A DNA stretch of 64,000 nucleotides from Bdellovibrionota bacterium (GCA_050952645.1 JBMNLI010000017.1:192001-256000); one strand, 5' to 3'. Shown: positions 8,653-18,951, counted from the first letter of the stretch. Made by a program: numbers and translations. Notes: generated by a model not told the origin, from the letters alone.

Positions 8653-9348
8653 ATGAATAAAATAAAAATATTTATATTAAAAAATCTTGATTACAAACGA
8701 TGCACTAAATTCCAATACGCTTGTAGAGAAAATTTATTAAAAACTAACAGCAAAAGTTATTTAATTATCACTACTCACAATAACGTTATAACATTCGGTA
8801 AAAATAAGATTAAAACAGACTTATTAGTAAATGAAGCTTTTCTTAAAAAATTAAGTATCGATTTAGTAGATACTAAAAGAGGAGGAAAAATAACTTGCCA
8901 TGGAAATGGACAAATCGTATTTTACCCTATAATAAATATAAAAGATTTTAGTTTAAAAACTAAGGAATACGTACATATTTTAGAAAAAATTTTAATAGAC
9001 ACTCTTAAAAATTTTAATATGAACGCTAAGACTTGCGAAAATATGGAGGGAGTTTTTATAGAAAAAGATAACACCTTACAAAAAATAGGCTTTACTGGCG
9101 TTCATATAAATAAATACTGCACTATGCATGGAATATCTGTAAATATTGAAAACGATATCTTAAGAATATTTAATCTTATAAAACCTTGTGGATATGAAAA
9201 TTTAAAAGTAACTTCCGTAGAAGAAATTTTAAAAAATAAAATTTCATACGACCTATTTATAGATTGTTTTATACAAAACTTCTTAAAGCAATTTAATTTT
9301 AAAAGTATAAAAAGAATAGAAAAAAAGGATAAAAATAAATGCAAATAG
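8653..9348 (+). CDS. lipB: Lipoyl(octanoyl) transferase
   Basis: TKRGGKITCHGNGQIVFYPI, KIGFTG, TMHGISVN, IKPCG; ATG at 8653 preferred to the ORF-track start that overlaps fprA. Confidence 0.9.
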   Translation: MNKIKIFILKNLDYKRCTKFQYACRENLLKTNSKSYLIITTHNNVITFGKNKIKTDLLVNEAFLKKLSIDLVDTKRGGKITCHGNGQIVFYPIINIKDFSLKTKEYVHILEKILIDTLKNFNMNAKTCENMEGVFIEKDNTLQKIGFTGVHINKYCTMHGISVNIENDILRIFNLIKPCGYENLKVTSVEEILKNKISYDLFIDCFIQNFLKQFNFKSIKRIEKKDKNKCK

Positions 9349-9884
9349 TAGGTGGCACTAAAAAAGGACTAAAACTTTCCTCTGTAAAAGGCGATACGAC
9401 TAGACCTATACTAGATAGAGTTAAGACGGCACTTTTCGATATTATAAGAGAAGATATAAAAGAGAAAACCTTTCTAGACCTTTTTGCAGGGAGTGGCTCC
9501 GTCGGGCTAGAAGCTTTAAGTCAAGGCTCAAGGCATGCAACGTTTATCGATATAAATAAGAATGCTATAAAAACATTAAATGAAAATATTACGAAAACAA
9601 AATTCCAAAACAATTCTACTATTTATTTTAAAGACGCTTTTAAATTCTTACAAACTAACGAAGCTAATTTTGATATTATATTTATAGCCCCACCACAATA
9701 TAAAGAACTTTGGATAAAAGCACTAAAGTTAGTAGACGAAAAAATAAAAGCTCTCTCCCCTGATATGATTATCGTTCAAATAGACCCTAAAGAATATAAA
9801 GATATTCCACTTAAAAATATGATTTTAGAAAAACAAAAAAGATACGGAAACACTATTCTTCTTTTTTATAAATCTTCTTTATAA
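9339..9884 (+). CDS. rsmD: 16S rRNA m2G966 methyltransferase
   Basis: TRPILDRVKTALF, FLDLFAGSGSVGLEALSQG, FIAPPQY. Confidence 0.9.
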   Translation: MQIVGGTKKGLKLSSVKGDTTRPILDRVKTALFDIIREDIKEKTFLDLFAGSGSVGLEALSQGSRHATFIDINKNAIKTLNENITKTKFQNNSTIYFKDAFKFLQTNEANFDIIFIAPPQYKELWIKALKLVDEKIKALSPDMIIVQIDPKEYKDIPLKNMILEKQKRYGNTILLFYKSSL

Positions 9885-9942
9885 ATCTTCCTTATAAATC
9901 TTCTTTTTAATAAAACACTCACACTCTTTCTTATTAAAACTT

Positions 9943-10288
9943 TTATCCTAAAAGAGATTGAACTTTCTCTTTTAATTGATTAGCTTGCGCATCTAACGCA
10001 TTTTTAGAATTAGCTATATTTAGCGTTACCTTATTAGCTATTTTTGCTATCTCTTCAACGTCCCTTACCTCTGCTTCTGATGCTTCATAGTTAGTAGCTC
10101 TAACATCTACGATATCCCTATCTTCAAGTTCTCCTTTTACATATCCTGCCGATATTTTATCGTTAACTACAGCCTTAGAAACATCATCTTCACGTTTTCT
10201 AGATGCCGATTTTGATGTTGATTTTGATGTTGATTTTAAAGAATTAACATCTAAGCATAAATAATGCGTTTAATGATCGTATTTCCAT
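9943..10288 (-). CDS. Small protein (about 114 aa) resembling only the flagellin C-terminal segment; one apparent frameshift near the start; absent from ORF track
   Basis: GAGGTG RBS and ATG at 10288; open frame about 10255 to 9943 ends NYEASEAEVRDVEEIAKIANKVTLNIANSKNALDAQANQLKEKVQSLLG-stop. Confidence 0.7.
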
Positions 10289-10335
10289 ATACACCTCAAA
10301 CTTTTTTAATTTACCTTCCCATCCTTGTGAATAAT

Positions 10336-10362
10336 TTATCGGTATATAAGAAAAAACATTTA
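10336..10362 (-). promoter_or_regulatory. Sigma28 (FliA)-type promoter
   Basis: Minus strand TAAA-N15-ACCGATAA versus consensus TAAA-N15-GCCGATAA, upstream of the flagellin-C-like gene. Confidence 0.75.
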
Positions 10363-10389
10363 TAATTTGAAGCTTTTTAATAAAAATTT

Positions 10390-10974
10390 TTAAAAGGCTA
10401 ATAAGTATAGGATGATTGTAGCTAATAATAAACCTATGCCTAATACTAATAATAGATCTATTTTACTAAAAAAACGCACCTTAACTATTTGAGAAAACGG
10501 ACCATTTTCTAATTTTTTAAAATATTCTTCTTTCGCTTTTTCAAACTTACTTTTTCTTTTTTCCTCTAACTCTCTAAAATAATTACTACCATCTTCAGTG
10601 CTACATAAAGTCGCTTCACGTTCTCTACTAGAATTTCTAATGCTAAAATCTATCGCCTTTTTCTTTAACATATCTTGAAAATAATCATCAACGGTCTCCT
10701 CCTCACTCCAATCCCTAAAGCTTACTAACGTGCTATCGTATTCTTTTCTTTTCTGGTCGTCAGTTAACACATTGAAAGCATTAGTGATTATTTGAAAATC
10801 TTTTAAGCTATCTTCACTTTCTTGTCTTGAACCTAAAATTTCATTAAAAAAATTAGAATCTGGGTGATATATAAGCGCAATATTTTTATAGGCTTTTTTT
10901 ATAGCCTCCTTACTAGCATTATTAGTAACGCCTAAAATTTCATAATAATTTTTACCTTCAAATTTACTAGACAT
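10390..10974 (-). CDS. J-domain (DnaJ-like) protein with C-terminal membrane anchor
   Basis: NYYEILGV...IKKAYKNIALIYHPD; hydrophobic C-terminus. Confidence 0.88.
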   Translation of the reverse strand: MSSKFEGKNYYEILGVTNNASKEAIKKAYKNIALIYHPDSNFFNEILGSRQESEDSLKDFQIITNAFNVLTDDQKRKEYDSTLVSFRDWSEEETVDDYFQDMLKKKAIDFSIRNSSREREATLCSTEDGSNYFRELEEKRKSKFEKAKEEYFKKLENGPFSQIVKVRFFSKIDLLLVLGIGLLLATIILYLLAF

Positions 10975-11146
10975 ATAAAAATACCGATATCTTTTTATAA
11001 ACAAACTTATTGCTTCTTAAATATAACTTCGACATAATATACTTTTAACTTTATTAAAAAATATACTCATTTTTACAAAGAAGTATAAAAGATTAATAAT
11101 AAATGACTAACAATAAAAAAAAACTAACAATAAAAAAACTAACAAA

Positions 11147-13504
11147 ATGACTACATTATCAAACCTACAAGTAGGAAAATCTGCATACATAACTAAAATC
11201 GATTGCTCAGATAAACTCTTAAGAAGAAGAATCTTGCATATGGGATTAACACCTAAGGTAGAGGTAAAACTCGTTAAAAAAGCGCCTTTAGGAGACCCTT
11301 TACAAGTGCTTGTTAGAGGCTACGAGCTTACTATAAGGAAAGATGATGCAGAAAAAATCTTGATAGACGATATACACGATGATTATAAGTGGAATACTAC
11401 TAATTACAAAAAAGGAGCTACTAAAGAAATCGAGCACCCTAAAAAAGGCGAGTCCTCCTTAAGCGATGCTTCAAATATTAATTGCATAGCGGGAAGTTTT
11501 AATTTTGCACTAGTAGGCAACCAAAACTCTGGAAAAACTACTCTATTTAATGAGCTAACTAAAAGCAATCAACACGTAGGTAATTTCCCTGGGGTTACTG
11601 TAGAAAGAAAAGAAGGTGCTGTAAAAAGATATCCTAATATTACCATTACGGATCTTCCAGGGGTTTATACCTTATCGCCTTTTAGCAATGAAGAAATAGT
11701 AACGAGAAATTATTTAATAAACTCCACTCCAGATTTAATAATAAATATTATCGATGCTACTAACATAGAGAGAAATTTATTTTTAACACTAGAGCTAATG
11801 GAACTACAAATCCCAATGGTTATAGCGTTAAATATGATGGATGAGATAGTTAGTAATCGTGGGAAAATAGATATAAACGGCTTAGAACGAGATTTAGGAA
11901 TTCCAGTCGTGCCTATATCTGCTAGCAAGAGAGAGGGACTAGAAGAACTTCTCGAGCACTCTGTAAATATCGCAGTTAAAAAAGAGTTGCCTAAAAAGCT
12001 AGATTTTTGCAGGAATGATAATGAGAAAAATATCGTGCATAAATGCGTTCACTCAATTATGCATCTGCTTGAAAACAGGACAAAACAAAGGAATCTTCCT
12101 GTAAGGTTTGCAGCTACTAAAATTATAGAAAACGACCCCTTTATTTTAAAAGCTTTAGACTTAGACGCAAATACTCTTGAAAATTGCAAGCAAATCGTTT
12201 TACAAATGGAAGAGGAAAAAAAATTAGAAAAAGATGCAATCCTTGCAGATATGAGGTTTTCATTTATCGAAGAGCTATGTAAAGATTACGTTTGTAAACC
12301 TTGTGAAACTAAGGAGCATAAACTATCTACTAAATTAGATAAGATTTTAACTGGGCGCTATAGTGCAATCCCTATGTTTTTAGGAATTTTATCTATTATC
12401 TTTTATCTTACCTTTGGGCCTTTAGGTGGTTTTTTAGCAAAGTTAATGCAATTTGTTATAGATAAAATTACTAATATAACCGACATTACCCTTACTAATT
12501 ATGGGCTTAACGCATCCGTTCATTCACTTATTATAGATGGTGTATTTGCAGGAGTTGGAAGCGTTTTAATATTCCTACCTACCATTATAGTTTTATTTTT
12601 CTTTTTATCTATTCTAGAAGACACTGGCTACATGGCTAGGGTTGCTTTTGTGATGGATAAAATTTTAAGAAAGATAGGACTTTCAGGAAGAAGTTTCGTT
12701 CCTATGATACTTGGCTTTGGGTGCTCAGTTCCGGCCATTATGGCAACTAGAACTTTACCATCTGAAAGAGATAGAAAGATAACGATTTTCTTAACTCCAT
12801 TTATGAGTTGCTCTGCAAAACTTCCCATTTACGTTTTATTTACAGCAGTCTTTTTTAAGGAATATCAAGTCTTAGTAATTATTAGTCTATATCTTTTAGG
12901 AATTTTCGTAGGGATAATCGCTGCGCTACTTTTAAAAATTTTAGTATTTAAGGGAGAGCCAGTGCCATTTGTTATGGAGCTTCCTAATTATAGGCTGCCT
13001 ACTGCTACTAACATTTACAAGCTAATATGGAAAAAAGCGAAAGGATTTATAACTAAAGCTTTTAGTATTATTTTTATTGCTACCATAGTGATTTGGTTTT
13101 TGCAAAATTTTGATACACGTTTAAATTTAGTTAAAGATGCTCAAAATAGCTTGCTAGCATTATTAGGAAATATTTTTCTTCCTATATTTAAACCATTAGG
13201 AATGAACGATTGGAGGATAGGCACATCGCTAATTACAGGACTTATAGCTAAAGAAAGTGTTATAAGCACATTTTCAGTATTACTAAACGGTGATATATCA
13301 AAACTTTCTACTCTTTTTAATAATCTTACGGCTTTCGTATTTTTAACTTTCTCGCTATTATACACGCCTTGCGTAGCAACTATTGCGATAACAAAACAAG
13401 AGTTAGGAAAAAAGCATGCTCTATTTATCGCTTTTTTTCAATGTGCAGTAGCGTGGATAGTATCATTTATAATATACGAGTTAGGACTTATATTTATGCG
13501 ATAG
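11147..13504 (+). CDS. feoB: Ferrous iron transporter FeoB with N-terminal FeoA domain
   Basis: FeoA (RRRILHMGLTP, APLGDP); GNQNSGKTT, VGNFPGVTVE, DLPG; membrane domain GFGCSVPAIMATR. Confidence 0.95.
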   Translation: MTTLSNLQVGKSAYITKIDCSDKLLRRRILHMGLTPKVEVKLVKKAPLGDPLQVLVRGYELTIRKDDAEKILIDDIHDDYKWNTTNYKKGATKEIEHPKKGESSLSDASNINCIAGSFNFALVGNQNSGKTTLFNELTKSNQHVGNFPGVTVERKEGAVKRYPNITITDLPGVYTLSPFSNEEIVTRNYLINSTPDLIINIIDATNIERNLFLTLELMELQIPMVIALNMMDEIVSNRGKIDINGLERDLGIPVVPISASKREGLEELLEHSVNIAVKKELPKKLDFCRNDNEKNIVHKCVHSIMHLLENRTKQRNLPVRFAATKIIENDPFILKALDLDANTLENCKQIVLQMEEEKKLEKDAILADMRFSFIEELCKDYVCKPCETKEHKLSTKLDKILTGRYSAIPMFLGILSIIFYLTFGPLGGFLAKLMQFVIDKITNITDITLTNYGLNASVHSLIIDGVFAGVGSVLIFLPTIIVLFFFLSILEDTGYMARVAFVMDKILRKIGLSGRSFVPMILGFGCSVPAIMATRTLPSERDRKITIFLTPFMSCSAKLPIYVLFTAVFFKEYQVLVIISLYLLGIFVGIIAALLLKILVFKGEPVPFVMELPNYRLPTATNIYKLIWKKAKGFITKAFSIIFIATIVIWFLQNFDTRLNLVKDAQNSLLALLGNIFLPIFKPLGMNDWRIGTSLITGLIAKESVISTFSVLLNGDISKLSTLFNNLTAFVFLTFSLLYTPCVATIAITKQELGKKHALFIAFFQCAVAWIVSFIIYELGLIFMR

Positions 13505-14732
13505 CTTTAGTTTCTCCTAATGACTCCTCTTTACTAATTTCTTTATTAGCTTCTCTACTAGCTTCTTTACTAATTTCTTTACTAGCATCTTTACTAGCAT
13601 CTTTACTAGGTCTTTCGATTTCTTTACCCGTCAACTCACTATAAACATCTAAAACTTTTAAAATTACATTTTCTATTTTATATTTTTCTAACCTTTTTTC
13701 ATTTAATTTATAATTTATTCCACTTTCAAAAGAAAGTTGCAAAAAGTTTTTTATCACTTCAAAAAAATCTTCTTTAGACATGCTTTTAGCACAAAAATCA
13801 TTATTAGATAAAAGCTCGCATATCGCAGGAACTGGTCTACAAATAAAAGGAACTCCTAAAGATTGAGCATCGATAGCAGGAATATAAAACCCCTCTGCAA
13901 GAGATGGAACTAACATAGCTTTAGCATTTAAAATAAGCAAGGTAAGCCTTTTATTAGACACTGCCCCTAAAACTTTTATATTTTCCGAAATATCAAAATT
14001 TTTTATCTCTCCGCTTTCTAGCAATCTTTGAATGCCGTATCCTACTAAAACTAACTTTGGTAAATTTTGTTTAGAGAATCTTTCTTCTAGCTTCTTATAC
14101 GCCCATAAAAGGTCTTCTAGTCCTTTGTGTGGCATCGTATTAGAAAAAACTGAAATCAAGTAATTAAAAGGAAACTCAGCTTTGCTTTGCATCTCATCTT
14201 CATTTACGCTTCTTAACGATACTGCATTTGGCACTACTACTATTTTATCTTGATTTTCGTTTGCATACTTAAAATTTTTTATTAAAGCGCTTTTAGAAGC
14301 CTCGCTTACTGTAATAATTTTTGAAGCTCTTTTTAAAGTCGAGTTTATCCAAATTTTAGCTATAAACGGATAATAAAATTTTCTTGGATGCGTTATATGG
14401 ATAATATCATGCACTGTAGCTACGCTTGGAATACTTATTTTAAAAGGCAAAGTGTAATGTGGAGTATGGAAAATATCGTAATTTGAAAAATCTATTTTTT
14501 TTGATACTCTAAAACTTTCTTTAAAAGAATACGGCTTAGAGTTATCTTCAATTAAATTTACTAAATTACTCCAAGCATACTTTCCTATTTTTTCTTTATC
14601 ACCTAGAAGCGAAACCTCAATACCATGGCTCATTAATAGCCCTTCTATTAAATTCCTAAGTGAAGCTCCTATGCCTCCATCATCTATTTTTTTTGCATCG
14701 ATTAGCACTTTAAATTTATTTACATTAGACAT
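13494..14732 (-). CDS. Glycosyltransferase family 4
   Basis: GGIG, ATVHDIIH, IITVSEASK, PSLAEGFYIPAIDA; C-terminal SKEA/SKDA repeats. Confidence 0.88.
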   Translation of the reverse strand: MSNVNKFKVLIDAKKIDDGGIGASLRNLIEGLLMSHGIEVSLLGDKEKIGKYAWSNLVNLIEDNSKPYSFKESFRVSKKIDFSNYDIFHTPHYTLPFKISIPSVATVHDIIHITHPRKFYYPFIAKIWINSTLKRASKIITVSEASKSALIKNFKYANENQDKIVVVPNAVSLRSVNEDEMQSKAEFPFNYLISVFSNTMPHKGLEDLLWAYKKLEERFSKQNLPKLVLVGYGIQRLLESGEIKNFDISENIKVLGAVSNKRLTLLILNAKAMLVPSLAEGFYIPAIDAQSLGVPFICRPVPAICELLSNNDFCAKSMSKEDFFEVIKNFLQLSFESGINYKLNEKRLEKYKIENVILKVLDVYSELTGKEIERPSKDASKDASKEISKEASREANKEISKEESLGETKAIA

Positions 14733-14867
14733 ACGTATACTTTTTTAGAAAAAAAATCCTTTTCCGATTTTACTTTAGGAGAAAAGTATGATTTTTACTC
14801 ATCATATTTTTATCATCTTTTTTGTCATCTTAAAATTCTTAAAATTTAAAAAAACTACTATTAAAAT

Positions 14868-14974
14868 ACTTCTTAACTTTTAATGCCTTTGCTTCAGATT
14901 AAATTAGTATCACCAACTTAGCAAAGCCTAAAAAAAAACGATTTTTCTAACCCATCTTAAAACGTCAAAGAGCC
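14868..14974. mobile_element. Internally deleted MITE copy
   Basis: AAATTAGTATCAC and ATTTTTCTAACCCATCTTAAAACGTCAAAGAGCC match subfamily A; left boundary approximate. Confidence 0.6.
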
Positions 14975-14975
14975 A

Positions 14976-15941
14976 TTAAATTCCTCCTTTAGGAGCATAA
15001 TTAAAAACATTTCTAATTCTATAAATCTTCTTATCTTGCGACTCGTAATAAGTCCTTACTTGCATTTCTGCTATTATACCAAACACTATAAATTGAATGC
15101 CTATAATTGCGAGCATTACCGCTATTGAAAGAAGCGGTCTATTCCCCATTGGGATATGCATATAAAATCTTTGGAATGTTAAATAGATAAATAGTATAAA
15201 ACTAAATAACTCAGAGATTAACCCTAAAAGTCCAAACAGGTGGATAGGCCTTTTTGAATAACCTAGCAAAAATTTTACTAAGATTAAATCTAAAAACACT
15301 CTAGTAGCTTTAGACAATCCGTATTTAGACTTCCCATACTTTCTTTCTCTATGATTAACGGGAACTTCAACTATTTTTGCCCCCATTTCGTTTGCTAGCG
15401 CCGCTATAAATCTATGCATCTCGCCATAAAGCTTTATTCCTCTTGCAACCTCTCCCGTCATAACTTTTAATGTGCATCCGTTATCGTGTAGGTAAACTCC
15501 AGTGATTTTTGCTATTATTTTATTTCCTATTTTACTAGGGAGCGTAACCGTTAATTTTTTATCTTGTCTTTTCTTTCTCCAACCTGCCACTAAATCATAG
15601 CCCTCTTCTAGCTTTTCAACCATCATCGGAATTTCATTCGGGTCGTTTTGCAAATCTCCGTCCATAGGGATAACTATATCTCCCCTACTATTTTCAAACC
15701 CTGCTGCCATAGCGGCAGTTTGCCCAAAGTTTCTTCTAAACTCTATTATTACTAGGCGAAAATCATCTTTTGCACATTCCTTTAGCACTTTTAACGTTTC
15801 ATCTTTAGAGCCATCATCTATAAAAATAATCTCATAAGGACGCCCCATTTTTTCTAAAACTTTTTTTACCTCAGTGTAGCATTCCTTGACGCTTTCCTCT
15901 TCGTTATAAACGGGTATTACTACAGATATACTTTGTTGCAT
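14976..15941 (-). CDS. Glycosyltransferase family 2 (polyprenol-phosphate glycosyltransferase, ArnC/GtrB-like)
   Basis: VVIPVYNEEE, IDDGSKD, RNFGQTAAM, MDGDLQND; two C-terminal TM helices. Confidence 0.92.
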   Translation of the reverse strand: MQQSISVVIPVYNEEESVKECYTEVKKVLEKMGRPYEIIFIDDGSKDETLKVLKECAKDDFRLVIIEFRRNFGQTAAMAAGFENSRGDIVIPMDGDLQNDPNEIPMMVEKLEEGYDLVAGWRKKRQDKKLTVTLPSKIGNKIIAKITGVYLHDNGCTLKVMTGEVARGIKLYGEMHRFIAALANEMGAKIVEVPVNHRERKYGKSKYGLSKATRVFLDLILVKFLLGYSKRPIHLFGLLGLISELFSFILFIYLTFQRFYMHIPMGNRPLLSIAVMLAIIGIQFIVFGIIAEMQVRTYYESQDKKIYRIRNVFNYAPKGGI

Positions 15942-16217
15942 AAATAAATTTCCTAACTAAACTAAAAAATGACACTCTTTAAATTATACTTTAAAAAACT
16001 AAATTATAAAAGTTTTGAAAGCCTTATCTTATATAATTTTCTAACTCGTTTAAAATATTAACAAAATCCTTTTAATTTTAACAAACTTCTTGCATAATAG
16101 GAGTATTAGCTAGGAAAAAGGTCTTTTTATTTAAATTTTAAATTTTAAGCGTAATGCTAATAAGAGATAAAGCCATATTAAAACGCATAAAGAGCTTATT
16201 TTTTATATTGAAATATT

Positions 16218-16880
16218 ATGAAAAAAACTATTATCGCACCATCTATATTAGCTAGCAATTTAAGAAATTTTGAAGATGATATTTTATCCGTTATAGATAG
16301 TGGTGCCGATTGGCTCCACGTCGATATTATGGACGGCAGTTTCGTTCCTAGAATTACGTTTGGAGATAATATCGTAAAAGCTTTAAGAGAGTTTACGGAT
16401 ATATTTTTAGATGTTCACTTAATGGTTTCAAATCCTATGAAACTAATAGAAGCTTTTTATAATAGCAATGTCGATCAAATCACTATACATAAAGAAAGTT
16501 TTGATGATGATAAAAAGCTTTTAGATGCTATAGATTATATAAAATCATTAAATTTAAAATGCGGCCTTTCTATAAAGCCTGACACTCCTATAAGTGAAAT
16601 AGAAAATTTTTTAGAAAAACTAGACTTAGTCCTCGTTATGTCGGTAGAACCTGGGTTTGGGGGGCAAGAGTTTTTGGTCTCGTCACTAGAAAAAATAGCT
16701 TATTTAAAAAAAGTTATTAATAATTTAAAATTAAGTTGTTTGATTGAAGTAGATGGTGGGATAAATAAAGAAACCTCTAAACTTTGCATAGAGGCTGGGG
16801 CAGATGCATTAGTTGCAGGCACATTTGTTTTTAAATCTAGCGATAGAAAGTCGGCAATTAGAGCATTGCGTAATTTGTAG
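16218..16880 (+). CDS. rpe: Ribulose-phosphate 3-epimerase
   Basis: IAPSIL, HVDIMDG, DVHLM, MSVEPGFGGQ, EVDGG. Confidence 0.96.
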   Translation: MKKTIIAPSILASNLRNFEDDILSVIDSGADWLHVDIMDGSFVPRITFGDNIVKALREFTDIFLDVHLMVSNPMKLIEAFYNSNVDQITIHKESFDDDKKLLDAIDYIKSLNLKCGLSIKPDTPISEIENFLEKLDLVLVMSVEPGFGGQEFLVSSLEKIAYLKKVINNLKLSCLIEVDGGINKETSKLCIEAGADALVAGTFVFKSSDRKSAIRALRNL

Positions 16881-16960
16881 CAATTTATCATAACAATTTT
16901 TAGTAGCAATTTTTTATAGCAATTTTTAGTAATTTATAAATTCTTTATAGGATTTTATAT

Positions 16961-17563
16961 ATGGATATATTATTAAATATTTTAAGACTAATTCCTTTTT
17001 ATTTAATAGGTGCATTTCCTACGGGACTTATAATCGCAAAAATAAATGGCATAGACATAACCGTAGCTGGTAGCGGAAACGTTGGTGCTACTAATTTAGC
17101 TAGAACCATAGGAAAGAAAGCTGGAATTTACACTCTTCTTGGCGACTTAGGAAAAGGCGTTATATCGGTCTTGCTATGTTATTTTTTTATTTCTAAGGAC
17201 TTAGAGATGCTAACCTTAGTAGCGCTCGCAACCGTTTTAGGACATTGTTTTTCACTCCCAAAATTAAAGGGAGGCAAAGGCGTTGCTACAACATTTGGAG
17301 TTATACTCGTTATAGACCCTAAAATTGCCTTAGGATTGCTTCTTATCTTTATTACGATTTTTGCTATTTTTAGGATTGTATCTTTATCATCTATTACTGC
17401 CGCTTTATTCTTACCTATTTTATTTTTACTATCTTACGAAGGAAAAGAAAATAGCATACATTATATAACGTTTATAAGCACCGTCGTTATTTTAAGGCAT
17501 GCTGTAAATATAAAACGTTTATTAAAAGGTGAAGAGAAAAAATTTAGCTTTAAAAAGAAATAA
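16961..17563 (+). CDS. plsY: Glycerol-3-phosphate acyltransferase
   Basis: GSGNVGATN, GGKGVAT, RHAVNIKRL. Confidence 0.95.
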   Translation: MDILLNILRLIPFYLIGAFPTGLIIAKINGIDITVAGSGNVGATNLARTIGKKAGIYTLLGDLGKGVISVLLCYFFISKDLEMLTLVALATVLGHCFSLPKLKGGKGVATTFGVILVIDPKIALGLLLIFITIFAIFRIVSLSSITAALFLPILFLLSYEGKENSIHYITFISTVVILRHAVNIKRLLKGEEKKFSFKKK

Positions 17564-17841
17564 AATATTAAAGAAGTTTTTTTATTTTTTTAAAAAGAAT
17601 AGCTCTTCTTGTTTAATATAAAACCATATATAATTTATCTCTAAAATTTACTCTATAAATTTACCATATAAATTTACCATATAAATTTAGAAGCATTTTA
17701 GTAAAAAGTCTCGATACTATTTTTAGTTATCGTCTCGGCTGTTTATGTATCGATGCTACGTATGGCATTGAGAAACACAAGAGAATGTTTTGCTATTTAG
17801 CTTTTTAAAAAGCTAGTAGCTATAGATGGAAGGAGGACAAT

Positions 17842-18396
17842 ATGTCCTTTTTAAAACGATTTTGGAACTCCTTAGGGGAGCTCTTTGATTGGTTTGCAAT
17901 TGCTTGCTTTGCCTTGTTAGTAGTGTTTGCGTTTGCGCAAAATACTGAGATTGAGAGACTCGAAGGCCAAGTGGCACTTTCTGAATACGCAATTGCGTTA
18001 CATGGGTACACTGCGGCTCTGAAAAGCGAATTAGCATTTTACGACAAGCTTGCCGAATTGGCTAGGGAGTACAATGAAGTTGGAGAGGAAGCCGACGCAG
18101 CGGTAGGACGCCTTCGCAAACGCCTAGATGAAATCGAAGCAAGAAAGCAAGCTGCCAGCGAGCAAGGTTTGCAAGAAGCAGCACCGCAACAAGCGACAAT
18201 GCCAGAAGCGACAACGCCAGAGGCACCGCAACAAGCGACAACGCCGAAAGCAAAATCGCCTGAAGCACCGCAGGAAGCGGAAGCGCCAGAAACGGAAGCG
18301 CCGAAAGCAAAATCGCCAAATGCGACATCGCAAGCATTGCAAAACTCGCAAAAAAAGTCTGGCATCACAGTAAGGTACTACGAGCAGCACCCTTAA
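17842..18396 (+). CDS. Hypothetical membrane-anchored coiled-coil protein with Ala/Pro/Glu/Gln repeats
   Basis: AGGAGG RBS, N-terminal hydrophobic helix, APQQAT/PKAKSP repeats, visibly higher GC than the flanks. Confidence 0.7.
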   Translation: MSFLKRFWNSLGELFDWFAIACFALLVVFAFAQNTEIERLEGQVALSEYAIALHGYTAALKSELAFYDKLAELAREYNEVGEEADAAVGRLRKRLDEIEARKQAASEQGLQEAAPQQATMPEATTPEAPQQATTPKAKSPEAPQEAEAPETEAPKAKSPNATSQALQNSQKKSGITVRYYEQHP

Positions 18397-18465
18397 GTCG
18401 TTTAGAAGGTTCTAGGTCTTTTTTTAAGACCTTTTAGGTTCCTTCTAGAGACGCTAGCGACCACT

Positions 18466-18500
18466 AAGGAAGCTCTCTTTTTTGAGGGCTTCTTTCTTTT
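18466..18500 (+). terminator. Intrinsic terminator
   Basis: AAGGAAGCTCTC-loop-GAGGGCTTCTTT followed by a T-rich tail. Confidence 0.7.
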
Positions 18501-18604
18501 TATCTTTTAAAAATCTTCTCTGTCCCTCTTTTTATTTCTTATTTTTTATCCTAAACTTTTTTTATTCTAAACCCTACTCTCATTTTGCTTATGTTATATT
18601 TTTT

Positions 18605-18880
18605 GGTTCTTCACGTTTTAGGTGGGTTAGAGTCTATCTTCTAATTTAAATTGACAAAATTATTTTACAAAACTGTTGTTGTTTTATTAAAATAATAGTT
18701 AATTTTATTGGTAAAATAAATATTAGAGTTGTTAGGAAAAGTTATCCATAACTGATAGCTTGGCCCCAGCAATAAAAAGCTAAAGGTCAAGCTGTCAGGC
18801 TGTGGATAACTTTCACAAAGACTCCATTAAACAGAATGGCGTTTTGTTTCTCTAGGGGGCCATTTAAAACGTGAAGAGCT
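18605..18880. mobile_element. MITE-like repeat, subfamily B (DnaA-box hairpin)
   Basis: Ends GGTTCTTCACGTTTTA/TAAAACGTGAAGAGCT; near-identical to 47085-47350. Confidence 0.85.
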
Positions 18881-18951
18881 AAAAGTTTGGGTTTTATCTT
18901 AGGAATATCAACAAAGCTCTGTAATAGAACTAAAATTTTTAGCTAAAAAGA

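Noticed and set aside
11147..13504. FeoA-FeoB fusion as a novelty
   Set aside because: A known arrangement in several bacterial groups
17813..18390. Multiple overlapping ORFs on both strands
   Set aside because: Shadows of the GC-rich repetitive 17842-18396 gene, which alone has a strong RBS
18605..18880. oriC, because of the DnaA boxes
   Set aside because: Only two boxes, inside a dispersed repeat that recurs at 47085
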